Source of the DNA: Candidatus Hodarchaeota archaeon
Lineage (GTDB): Archaea > Asgardarchaeota > Lokiarchaeia > Sigyniarchaeales > SOKP01
DNA: 64,000 nt
Direction: 5' to 3'
Assembly (NCBI GenBank): GCA_048886685.1
Contig: JBHLKM010000009.1
Coordinates: forward strand, 64,001-128,000
Shown: piece after piece, positions 1 to 9,594 of the stretch
How positions within the stretch are numbered: the first letter of the stretch is position 1
Layout: every line of letters starts with the position of its first letter
Program-made: the position numbers and the translations under genes
The notes under the pieces: generated by a model
What the model was told of the DNA's origin: nothing
What the model saw: the letters and a program-made list of their open reading frames with translations, nothing else
Database searches by the model: none

Positions 1-34
1 AATAATTTTATATTTAGAGAGATCTTAATTGATA

Positions 35-1066
35 TTAATCAAAATCAACAATTACTTTCAATTCATTGTGAGGAGGATTAGCTAATTTATCAAACATTTG
101 AGGTACATCATCGATTTTTATATAGTTTGTGATAACTGACTCACCATTTATCTTACCTTGTTCTAATAAACTTATAGCGGTTTGAAAAATGTCTTGATTA
201 TAACCAAAAACACCTTTTAAAGTTATATTATTCGTTGTAAAAAGCAATGCATTATTAATTTCAAACGAACTTGAATGCATCCCTATTAAAGTAATGCACC
301 CTCCTTTTTTAATAAGTGAGAGAGATGTACTTACTGTAGATGAAAGTCCTACACAATCAAATACATGATCGGGTCCCAATTTATTTGTTAATCTGACTAT
401 TTTATTCCAAGCTTTAGGATCGAAAACCTCATTTGCTCCTAATTCAAGAGCCTTTTTTTGTTTTGATTCCACTGGTTCTAAAACAAAAATACTTTTAGCT
501 CCCGCAGTTTTTAAAACTTGAACTACAAATAATCCAATCGGACCAGCACCTATAACTGCTGCATTATCCCCAATACCAAATCCTGATGTTTGAACTGCGT
601 TTATAGCAATCGATAAAGGTTCTACAATAGCGCCATTTTCATAGGAAACATTATCCGGTAAAATATGGACTCTTTCTGCTTTAACATTAATTAATTCTCT
701 CATAGTTCCATGTTCCGTTACACCAAGAATATTATTTTGTATTTTACACATATTTTCTTGATGATGGATACAATAATAACACTCATGGCAAGGAATTTGA
801 GGATTTGCAGTTACTCTATTCCCGATCTTTATTTTCCTAACCTTCTCTCCAAGTTCAACAATTTCACCTGAAAACTCATGGCCAATGATTTTCATTGGAA
901 AAGATGGCCCCCCAGTTTCATAAGAACCAACATCAGTTCCACATATGCCTACCTTCTTCACTTTAATTAAAACTTCATCTGGATTTATTTCCGGTTTTGT
1001 TAAGTCATCTTTTATTGAAATCTTATGTTTACCTTCAAAAATTACTCCTTTCATAGTAAAACACAT
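35..1066 (-). CDS. Zn-dependent medium-chain alcohol/polyol dehydrogenase (threonine/sorbitol/butanediol DH-like)
   Basis: GICGTD, GHE, structural Zn C-x2-C-x2-C-x7-C, Rossmann GAGPIG; probable start 1054 (MKGVIF). Confidence 0.9.
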   Translation of the reverse strand: MCFTMKGVIFEGKHKISIKDDLTKPEINPDEVLIKVKKVGICGTDVGSYETGGPSFPMKIIGHEFSGEIVELGEKVRKIKIGNRVTANPQIPCHECYYCIHHQENMCKIQNNILGVTEHGTMRELINVKAERVHILPDNVSYENGAIVEPLSIAINAVQTSGFGIGDNAAVIGAGPIGLFVVQVLKTAGAKSIFVLEPVESKQKKALELGANEVFDPKAWNKIVRLTNKLGPDHVFDCVGLSSTVSTSLSLIKKGGCITLIGMHSSSFEINNALLFTTNNITLKGVFGYNQDIFQTAISLLEQGKINGESVITNYIKIDDVPQMFDKLANPPHNELKVIVDFD

Positions 1067-1110
1067 ACATTTGTAATTTTAATTAAAAATAAATAGAAAA
1101 AAGAAAAGAA

Positions 1111-2844
1111 TTATAGAACACCCATAGATAGCAATAATTTTGTACCATCTGGAGTATCATATTTAATTTTTACATCTAATACAGCTGGTTTGTTTGAATT
1201 TTTAGCTCGTTCAAGTGCGGGTTTGATTTCATTTGGATCAGTGATAACTTCACCATAACAACCAAATCCTTCCGCACAAGCAGCATAGTTAAACTCTGGT
1301 AATTCTGTATCTATAAACCGCTTTCCCATTGCTAATTTCTGACCTGATTTAATCATACCCCACGCACTGTTGTTAGCAATCACAAAAATTAGATTTTTAA
1401 GATTTAATCTTACAGCAGTTTCAAGATCTTGGATGTTAATCATGAAGCTGCCATCACCAGACAGAGATATTACTTGTTTATCAGGCTTAGCTAATTTAGC
1501 TCCAATTCCATAAGGAACAGATGTCCCAAGATGCCCCATACCTACTGAATTAAGAACTGAAAGAGGCCCTAGTGGTTTATGAAAATCTATTTGCTCCATA
1601 GCATAACATGTAAGATCTCCCGCATCAATTATTAATATGCCATCCTCATCGATATATTCAAGAACATCTTTAATCAATCTTTGAGGGATGATTGGAATTT
1701 TATCTCTTGAAGCCTTTTTATTATTGGTAATAATCCCATTTTGTCTAGCTTCATAGACTTTATCCAACCATTCTCTTTTTTCAATCTTCTTTGTTTTCTT
1801 TACTTCTTCAAGGATTTGGTTCATGAACATTTTGCAGTCAGCAACAATGCCTAATGTTATGGGTTTCGCTCTTCCAATGATAGTAGGGTCAATATCAACC
1901 TGTATCAACTTTTGTGAGTCTTTCCAAAATGGTTCTTCACCATGTCCTAATACATGTGAAAATCTGACTCCTAGTGCTAAAATCACATCTGCTTCTATTG
2001 TTGTTGAAAGAGCAGGTCCTCCCAATGTAGCCCCTATTAAACACTTGGATTTATTTGAAATTGTACCTAGACCCATGATAGATGTAATAACAGGGATTTG
2101 TAAATACTCAGCAAACTCTGTTAATTCGTCCCAAGCACCTGACCTTGAAACGCCTCCACCCGATATTATTAATGGCTTTTCAGCATTTAGTAAGAGATCT
2201 AAAGCTTCTTTTATTAATTCATCATTAACAGCTGGTTTCCCAATAGCCCTATATCTATCATAAGATAATATTGTGAGCTTCTCTTCTTCAATTTCTTCGA
2301 GAAATGCATCTTCAAAAATTTCTAAAAATACTGGTCTCGGACGCCCACTTGTTGCTTCTCGAAATACCTTCCGAACCGCATCAGGTATCTCTTCAATTTT
2401 ACGGATGCTTTTTTGATATTTTGTAATAGGTTTAAACAAGGTCATTTGATCAAGATTACCTTGTAGAGTTTGGTGATCTTCAAACCTACTATTTACCTGA
2501 GGTACTAGTGCTATAACAGGTATGCTATCAGCCCAGGCAGCCCCAACTCCAGGAATTAAATGGGTTGCGCCAGGACCTACAGTTCCAAAACAGACTCCCG
2601 GAGTGTTAGTAAGTCTTGCCCAAGCATCTGCAGCATGAGCTGCTGCTTGTTCATGTCTGAACAAAATAGTGCTTATACCTTGTTCTTTTCCCCATCGATA
2701 AATAGCATCATATGTAGTAAGGAGTTGCCCACCAGGGATACCAAACATATATTTTACATTTTCTTGTAGAAGACATTTTATTAAAACGTCTCCACCATTC
2801 AACTTTTTCTTTTCTTCTGTCATTTCTTTCACCCAATTTAACAA
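1111..2844 (-). CDS. ThDP-dependent enzyme, acetolactate synthase large subunit-like (paralog 1)
   Basis: FRHEQAAAHAA catalytic Glu, GPG, GDGSF...NN ThDP motif; probable start 2823. Confidence 0.9.
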   Translation of the reverse strand: MLNWVKEMTEEKKKLNGGDVLIKCLLQENVKYMFGIPGGQLLTTYDAIYRWGKEQGISTILFRHEQAAAHAADAWARLTNTPGVCFGTVGPGATHLIPGVGAAWADSIPVIALVPQVNSRFEDHQTLQGNLDQMTLFKPITKYQKSIRKIEEIPDAVRKVFREATSGRPRPVFLEIFEDAFLEEIEEEKLTILSYDRYRAIGKPAVNDELIKEALDLLLNAEKPLIISGGGVSRSGAWDELTEFAEYLQIPVITSIMGLGTISNKSKCLIGATLGGPALSTTIEADVILALGVRFSHVLGHGEEPFWKDSQKLIQVDIDPTIIGRAKPITLGIVADCKMFMNQILEEVKKTKKIEKREWLDKVYEARQNGIITNNKKASRDKIPIIPQRLIKDVLEYIDEDGILIIDAGDLTCYAMEQIDFHKPLGPLSVLNSVGMGHLGTSVPYGIGAKLAKPDKQVISLSGDGSFMINIQDLETAVRLNLKNLIFVIANNSAWGMIKSGQKLAMGKRFIDTELPEFNYAACAEGFGCYGEVITDPNEIKPALERAKNSNKPAVLDVKIKYDTPDGTKLLLSMGVL

Positions 2845-2867
2845 TTCAATTTTAATATTTCTAAAAC

Positions 2868-4592
2868 TTATCTAAAATATATACCCAAAGAAAACAATAA
2901 CATAAGAACATCAGGGGTGGCGTATTTGATTTTAACATCTAGTACTGCTGGTTTACCTGAGCTCTTAGCTCTATTAAGAGCAGGGGTGATTTCATTTGGA
3001 TCAGTTATTACTTCCCCATAGCATCCAAATCCTTCAGCGCATTTTGCAAAATCAAAATCTGGAAAATCTACATCTATATAACGCCTTTGATAGCCATATT
3101 GTTGTCCAACTTTTATCATCCCCCATGCACTGTTATTTCCAATGACATAAATTAGATTTTTCAAACCAAGCCTAACAGCAGTTTCAAGATCATTGATATT
3201 TATCATAAAGGCACCATCACCAGAAATTGAAATTACCTGTTTGTCTGGTTTTGCCAATTTTGCTGCAATACCATACGGTACAGACACGCCAAGATGTCCC
3301 ATTCCAATCGCTTGAAGAGATGAGAGAGGTTTTCTAGGCTTATAGAAATCTATTTGCTCTAGAGCATAAAAAGCAATATTACCGCCGTCAACAATTAATA
3401 TTGCATCTTCATCCATAAATTGAAATACATCTTTAATCATTCTTTGAGGATCTATTGGGATCTTATCATTCGAAGCTACCTTGATCTTTGATTCAATAAC
3501 ACTCTTCCTACTTTCAGTTAGTTTCTCTAACCATTCTCTCTTTTCAATTTTATTAATTTTCTTTACTTCCTCAAGAATTTGTTGTAGAAAAATTTTACAA
3601 TCCCCTTCAATACCTAGTGTAATTGGTTTAGCGCGCCCTATGATTGTCGGGTCAATGTCAACTTGTATCATCTTTTGGGATTTACTCCAGGTCGGTGATT
3701 TACCATGACCCATGGAAAACCCAAATTTGACACCAAGAGCTAAGACCATATCTGATTGACTAGTTGCTTGAAAGATCGCATTATTCATTGCAACACCAAG
3801 ATAGCATTTTGAATCCGATGAAATCGTTCCTGTTCCCATAACTGTAGTAATCACAGGGATCTGTAAATATTCTGCTAATTCACGTAATTCATCCCATCCA
3901 CCTGCTCGTGAAACACCTCCTCCTGACACAATTAATGGTTTTTCTGCCTTTAATAACAGATCTAATGATTTATTAATTAAATCTTTAGGAATTGCTGGCT
4001 TATTTATTGCTCTATATTGTTGTGCTGGCAGAATTTTAAGATCTTCTTCCCTAATTTGCTCCACTAGAGCATCTGGGAAGATTTCTAATAATACAGGCTG
4101 AGGTCGTCCTCCTGTTGCTTCTCGAAATATTTTGTGAACTGCATCCGGAATCTTCTTTAATTCTCTTATGCTTTTTTGGTACTTCGTAATAGGTTTAAAT
4201 AACGCGACTTGATCTAGCATCCCTTGTAACGTAAAAGTATCTTCTAGATCAATATCGACTTGAGGTACAATGGCTATAACAGGAATATTATCTGCCCATG
4301 CTGCTCCTACACCTGGTACAAGATGTGTTGCTCCTGGTCCAACGGTCCCAAAACATACTCCCGGTGTGTTAGTTAATCTTGCCCACGCATCAGCGGCATG
4401 TGCGGCTGCTTGTTCATGACGAAACATTACAGTATCAAGTCCTTTTTCTCTACCCCATCGATACACAGCATCATACATACTTAATAATTGTCCTCCAGGG
4501 ATACCAAACATATATTTAACATTTTCTTCTACAAGACATTTAATTAAAACATCGCCACCATTAATTTTTTTTCCACTTGACATTCTTTTCAC
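2868..4592 (-). CDS. ThDP-dependent enzyme, acetolactate synthase large subunit-like (paralog 2)
   Basis: Same motifs (RHEQ, GDGAF...NN); collinear with neighbours. Confidence 0.9.
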   Translation of the reverse strand: MKRMSSGKKINGGDVLIKCLVEENVKYMFGIPGGQLLSMYDAVYRWGREKGLDTVMFRHEQAAAHAADAWARLTNTPGVCFGTVGPGATHLVPGVGAAWADNIPVIAIVPQVDIDLEDTFTLQGMLDQVALFKPITKYQKSIRELKKIPDAVHKIFREATGGRPQPVLLEIFPDALVEQIREEDLKILPAQQYRAINKPAIPKDLINKSLDLLLKAEKPLIVSGGGVSRAGGWDELRELAEYLQIPVITTVMGTGTISSDSKCYLGVAMNNAIFQATSQSDMVLALGVKFGFSMGHGKSPTWSKSQKMIQVDIDPTIIGRAKPITLGIEGDCKIFLQQILEEVKKINKIEKREWLEKLTESRKSVIESKIKVASNDKIPIDPQRMIKDVFQFMDEDAILIVDGGNIAFYALEQIDFYKPRKPLSSLQAIGMGHLGVSVPYGIAAKLAKPDKQVISISGDGAFMININDLETAVRLGLKNLIYVIGNNSAWGMIKVGQQYGYQRRYIDVDFPDFDFAKCAEGFGCYGEVITDPNEITPALNRAKSSGKPAVLDVKIKYATPDVLMLLFSLGIYFR

Positions 4593-4833
4593 GTCTTAAA
4601 AGATATATAAATTTGAAATAAATCTCAATTTGAACATTTATATAATTAATCAACAAATAATTAAAAAATTATGAATTTACAGAATTGAATAATAGTTTAA
4701 AAGTATAGTGAATTTTTATTAACAGATTTCATTAGAAATAGAAGAAAAAAATATTCTTGAAAATTCTTATTATCCTCACTAAATGAAAAGAAATTAATTA
4801 TTGCTATATAACCTTGTTCTATCTATAATATAT

Positions 4834-6552
4834 TTATAGACCTCCCCTTGCAGCTGCTAACTTCATAAATTCAGGAGTGTCGTATTTGATTTTTACATCT
4901 ATTACTGCTGGTTTACCCGAGTTTTTAGCTCTATTAAGAGCAGGATTAATTTCATTTGGTTCAGTTACAACCTCCCCGTAACAACCGAACGCTTCAGCAC
5001 AACGACCAAAATCAAAATCAGGAAAATCGACATCTATATAACGCTTTTTGTAACGAAATTCCTGTTCAGTTTTTATCATTCCCCAAGTACTATTGTTTCC
5101 AACTACATATATCAGATTTTTTAACCCAAGTCTTGATGCAGTTTCTAAGTCATGGATATTAATCATAAAACTTCCATCACCTGAAATTGAGATCACCTGC
5201 TTGTCTGGTTTAGCTAGTTTAGCTCCGATACCATAAGGAATAGAAGTTCCCAAATGTCCCATCCCTATCGCTTGAAGCGTTGATAGTGGTTTTCGTGTTT
5301 TATAGAAATCTATTTGCTCAAGAGAATAAACTGCAAGATTTCCACCATCAACAATCAAGATAGCATCCTCATCCATGAATTCATAGATGTCCTTAATCAT
5401 TCTTTCAGGTTTTATTGGAATTTCATCACTCTCTGCAACTCTTCTTCTTGATTGAATGATGCTTTTTCTATTATTAGTTAAAGAATCTAACCAGGGTCTC
5501 TTTTCAACTTTCTTAGTTTTCTTAACCTCCTCAAGGATTTGTTCCAAGAATAACTTACAATCGCCTATAATACCTAACGTAATTGGCTTATTACGACCAA
5601 TAATGGTTGGATCTATATCAACATGAATTAATTTTTGTGATTTGTTCCAGATTGGAGGTTTTCCATAACCTAATGTAAAAGAGAACTTACATCCCAAAGC
5701 TAGAACCACATCTGCTTGACTAGCTGCAAACAGGGTAGCCATACTTATTGAAGAGCCAAGAAAAGCTTCGGAGGTATTTGGTATCGTCCCTATTCCTGTT
5801 ATTGTAGTAATTACCGGTATTTTAAGGTATTCAGCAAATTCTTGTAATTCATTCCATCCACCTGAACGTGATACACCACCTCCTGATACAATCAAAGGTT
5901 TCTCCGCTTTTAATAATAAATCTAATGATTCGGTAATTGAATCCTTAGGAATTGCAGGTTTAGATAGTGCCCTATATCGTTCTGTTGCTAAAATTGGAAC
6001 CTCATCTTCTTGTGCTTGTTCATAAAAAGCATCATGATATATCTCAAGTAATACGGGTCGAGGCCGCCCACTCATAGCTTCTCTAAAAACTTTATGAACA
6101 GCGTCAGGAATTTCTTCTAATTTACGTACACTTTTTTGATATTTAGTAATTGGTTTAAACAAGGAAACTTGATCAAGATTTCCTTGCAATGCAAAATTAT
6201 CAGCAACATCGATATCAACTTGAGGTACTATTGCTACAACAGGAATATTATCGCTCCATGCCGCCCCTATTCCAGGAACGAGGTGTGTTGCTCCTGGACC
6301 TACAGTCCCAAAACATATTCCTGGAGTATTAGTAAGTCTTGCCCATGCATCAGCAGCATGAGCAGCAGCTTGTTCATGACGAAACATTACTGTTTGTATT
6401 CCTTTCTCTTTACCCCATCGATAAACAGCATCATACATTCTTAATAATTGTCCACCAACAATACCAAACATATATTTAACATTTTCTTCTAAAAGGCACT
6501 TAACTAATACATCGCCACCATATATTTTTTTACCACTTGACATTTTTTTCAC
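4834..6552 (-). CDS. ThDP-dependent enzyme, acetolactate synthase large subunit-like (paralog 3)
   Basis: Same motifs (RHEQ, GDGSF...NN). Confidence 0.9.
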   Translation of the reverse strand: MKKMSSGKKIYGGDVLVKCLLEENVKYMFGIVGGQLLRMYDAVYRWGKEKGIQTVMFRHEQAAAHAADAWARLTNTPGICFGTVGPGATHLVPGIGAAWSDNIPVVAIVPQVDIDVADNFALQGNLDQVSLFKPITKYQKSVRKLEEIPDAVHKVFREAMSGRPRPVLLEIYHDAFYEQAQEDEVPILATERYRALSKPAIPKDSITESLDLLLKAEKPLIVSGGGVSRSGGWNELQEFAEYLKIPVITTITGIGTIPNTSEAFLGSSISMATLFAASQADVVLALGCKFSFTLGYGKPPIWNKSQKLIHVDIDPTIIGRNKPITLGIIGDCKLFLEQILEEVKKTKKVEKRPWLDSLTNNRKSIIQSRRRVAESDEIPIKPERMIKDIYEFMDEDAILIVDGGNLAVYSLEQIDFYKTRKPLSTLQAIGMGHLGTSIPYGIGAKLAKPDKQVISISGDGSFMINIHDLETASRLGLKNLIYVVGNNSTWGMIKTEQEFRYKKRYIDVDFPDFDFGRCAEAFGCYGEVVTEPNEINPALNRAKNSGKPAVIDVKIKYDTPEFMKLAAARGGL

Positions 6553-6710
6553 ATTTTAAATGGATAAATAGATTGTTATATATTTTAAAATTAAATATCT
6601 ATATAATTAATTAATCAACGAATAATTAAGAAATAAAGAGTTTTCTAATTTAAACTCTTAACTATACTTTTAATTGTAATTTTACTTTTCTTTCTAAAAA
6701 GAAATGAAAA

Positions 6711-6811
6711 TTAGAGAACTAATCCTCCCGCTAATTTCATTGCCAGAGGAGCTTCGAATTTTATTTTAACATCTATTACTTAATTTTTTTACCATTTGTC
6801 ATTATTATCAC
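6711..6811 (-). pseudogene. Internally deleted fourth ThDP-enzyme paralog
   Basis: GTG ATA ATA ATG then TNGKKI (cf. GTG AAA AGA ATG SSGKKI), joined out of frame to VIDVKIKFEAPLAMKLAGGLVL* (cf. VIDVKIKYDTPEFMKLAAARGGL*). Confidence 0.85.
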
Positions 6812-6869
6812 TATATTAAAGAAAATCTTATTGAAATTTTAAATTTAAATAATTTACCAAATCATAAAT

Positions 6870-7856
6870 TTATAGCTTAAAATCTGCTAAAGAATTTATG
6901 AAATCCTTCATTCTTTGAGAAGTGCTTTTAATATTATTATTCTTCAAATTTAAACGCTCAAGCGAATTAAGGGACTTTAATATCTGAGGAATTTCTTGAA
7001 AATGATTATGACTTAAATCTAATTCAGAAAGTAGATTTAAATTTTTTATTGATCCAGGAATACTATTAAGATTATTTCTTGCCAATACTAATTTTTTAAG
7101 GTATATAAGCCTACCAATTGATTCAGGAATCACAGTATGATTAAAATTAAAATTATTATATTTTCTTATCATATTGAGATACATATCTAAATATTTTAGT
7201 TTTGAAAAGGAATTGATTAATTCTTCATTATCCTTAACAAATTTCCAATTGAAAAAATTTAAGTTTAGAACCTCAACATGCTCATTCTTTATCACTAACC
7301 AGGGTTCGGAATCTTTCCAATTATATAGAACTTCAAAATTTTTATAACAGAGGGGATTAATTTCATAATTCCTCTTATCCTTTGCGAAAATGGCCTCCAG
7401 ATCTAAAAAGAACCTCGCTTCTTCATATTGAACTCCCAGATTAGAAGCAAATGTACTTAAAAAATGACTTAAATCTCCTTCAAGTATCTCATATTTCACC
7501 TTCTTATTTCTCTCAAAGATTTTAAAAATTACATTCAGTACTAGGGGAGATTTATCATGCTGAATTGTCCATTTTAAGGGTTCTAATCCTTCTTCTAGAT
7601 GATTTAATATAATGACTTCTGCTGCAGATGCTCTAACATTCGCATTCTCATCAGAAACTAAATGATTTTCAAGAATTTTAAAAATCTTTTCATCTTTATA
7701 TTCTATTTTTCGTAATGCTTCAATGCTTGCTACCCGAACTTTGGCATCCTCGCTTCCATCGATTAATGAGATTAAAAGATCAACACTATCTTCTTTATTT
7801 ATATCTCCATTTAAATAATTTTTATGAATTTTTTCTGGAGTTAATTCTTCCTTCAT
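6870..7856 (-). CDS. HEAT-repeat plus leucine-rich-repeat protein
   Basis: N-terminal D..VR..A..AL HEAT units; C-terminal LxxLxLxxNxL repeats (LKKLVLARNNLNSIP, LSELDLSHNHF, LERLNLKNNNI). Confidence 0.85.
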   Translation of the reverse strand: MKEELTPEKIHKNYLNGDINKEDSVDLLISLIDGSEDAKVRVASIEALRKIEYKDEKIFKILENHLVSDENANVRASAAEVIILNHLEEGLEPLKWTIQHDKSPLVLNVIFKIFERNKKVKYEILEGDLSHFLSTFASNLGVQYEEARFFLDLEAIFAKDKRNYEINPLCYKNFEVLYNWKDSEPWLVIKNEHVEVLNLNFFNWKFVKDNEELINSFSKLKYLDMYLNMIRKYNNFNFNHTVIPESIGRLIYLKKLVLARNNLNSIPGSIKNLNLLSELDLSHNHFQEIPQILKSLNSLERLNLKNNNIKSTSQRMKDFINSLADFKL

Positions 7857-7937
7857 AATCCAAAATCAATTAGATGATTTTGTTATTCAACTCGTTTCCA
7901 AATAATTATATTTTTTAATGAAAACAAGTAAAAATAG

Positions 7938-9266
7938 TTAATTCTTAATACGAGTTTTAAGTTTAATTTCTGCTAATTTTTTTTCTTTTCTTTTTTTAGC
8001 AAATTCATAATGAGGCCGTTCTATTGAGATATCTGGGGGAGTCATTGTCAATATTTTTTTTGCTATTTTTGGATATTCAGCAATGAAAATGAATTCTTCC
8101 TTCACTAAAGGACGTTGTTTATGAACATTTGCATATCTTACCAGTTCTAGGATTTGTCGCGCTTCCTCTTGATTTTTAAAATCAATATTAAAATGATTAT
8201 AACTATGAGTAAACGCAGAAATTCCAGAATATTCTCCTGTCGTTATTTTTCTCCCTGTTTCTATCATTATAGTTTCACCCCGACCTAATTCATTATAATC
8301 ATACAATTCATAGTTTTTTCGATCTTTTAATGCACCATCAGCATGAATTCCAGATTCATGAGCAAAAGCATTATCACCTACTCCAGGCTGATTAATAGGA
8401 ATAGGCACTCCAAATGCATGTGAAGCATATGTAGCAATTTTCCACGCCTTAGATAAATCAATTTTCGGATCAACTATTCCCAAATCTTCAATTTCGGCTC
8501 CATGTTTCAATGCTAAAGTAGTTGATACTAGATCAGCATTACCAGCACGCTCACCCATACTATTTACTGTAGTATTAATAAGAGCATCTTGACCCTCCTC
8601 AATTACACCTTTAGCACCCATTATTGAATTAGCAACTGCCATCCCTAAATCATTATGACAGTGCATTTCGATGGGTAAATCAACTGCCTTTGTAAGATCT
8701 TTCATTCTGAAGTGAATTCGAAAAGGTGTCTCATATCCTAGAGTATCACAATAACGTATACGATGAGCACCTGCCTTTTTTGCTGCTAATGAAAATTTTA
8801 TTAGAAAATCCATGTTAGTTCTGCTAGCGTCTTCTGCATTTACTCCAATAGTCTTTATTCCTAAATCAGATGCTCTTTGAACAGCTGCTACCATCATTTT
8901 AATAATGTCATCGCCTTTGAATTTCCCTTGGAATTTACCATTAATCATTTGACGTGAGGTAGAAATAGATAAATTTACATGTTTTAGCTGTGTAAGCTCA
9001 ACTGCTTTTTCAACATCTGATTCTATAGCACGCATCCATCCTGAGAGTATAATAGGATTAAGTACACCTATATCAGCAAGCTCTACATTTGCATTAATAT
9101 AATTTGTTTCATGTAAAGTTGTAGGAAATCCAATTTCAGATTGATATACTCCCATTCTATTTAATAAAATGTTTAGTACAGTTTTCTCCAATTTGGCTAA
9201 GCCCAAACGACTTGTTTGAACACCATCCCTGTTTGTAACATCTAACAGATATATCCGGTTATCCAT
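7938..9266 (-). CDS. DRE-TIM metallolyase, homocitrate synthase / Re-citrate synthase family
   Basis: DVTNRDGVQ, HCHND, GERAGNA, AHESGIH; no C-terminal LeuA regulatory domain. Confidence 0.85.
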   Translation of the reverse strand: MDNRIYLLDVTNRDGVQTSRLGLAKLEKTVLNILLNRMGVYQSEIGFPTTLHETNYINANVELADIGVLNPIILSGWMRAIESDVEKAVELTQLKHVNLSISTSRQMINGKFQGKFKGDDIIKMMVAAVQRASDLGIKTIGVNAEDASRTNMDFLIKFSLAAKKAGAHRIRYCDTLGYETPFRIHFRMKDLTKAVDLPIEMHCHNDLGMAVANSIMGAKGVIEEGQDALINTTVNSMGERAGNADLVSTTLALKHGAEIEDLGIVDPKIDLSKAWKIATYASHAFGVPIPINQPGVGDNAFAHESGIHADGALKDRKNYELYDYNELGRGETIMIETGRKITTGEYSGISAFTHSYNHFNIDFKNQEEARQILELVRYANVHKQRPLVKEEFIFIAEYPKIAKKILTMTPPDISIERPHYEFAKKRKEKKLAEIKLKTRIKN

Positions 9267-9594
9267 TATTCAAAACTCGAGTTAATAAAAATATTAATAA
9301 TATAATCCATTGTACATTAATAAAACTTTTGAAAAAGTTTTAGTGTTTTTTGGTTTATAATATAAAAATTGTTGATATATTTTATTACTACTAAACAATA
9401 AAGTATGTTTATATCTTTTTCTTATTAAAACGTTTAATATTATCTAGGTTCATTATACTAAAAATGAATGATTATCATAAAAATATGGATTTCATAATAA
9501 AATATCAAACTTTCGTTAAAAGTTAAGTGTTCCAAAGTCTTTTAAGGATAACTAGCTTCTTTTTTTATTATCTTAAAAGTGTGAACCAATAAAA

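Noticed and set aside
1823-2263. 146-aa plus-strand ORF and similar antisense ORFs (27108-27494, 33214-33588, 46436-46975 and others)
   Set aside because: Shadows of well-supported genes on the opposite strand; no motifs
7938-9266. nifV as evidence of nitrogen fixation
   Set aside because: No nif genes in the window; the family includes other synthases
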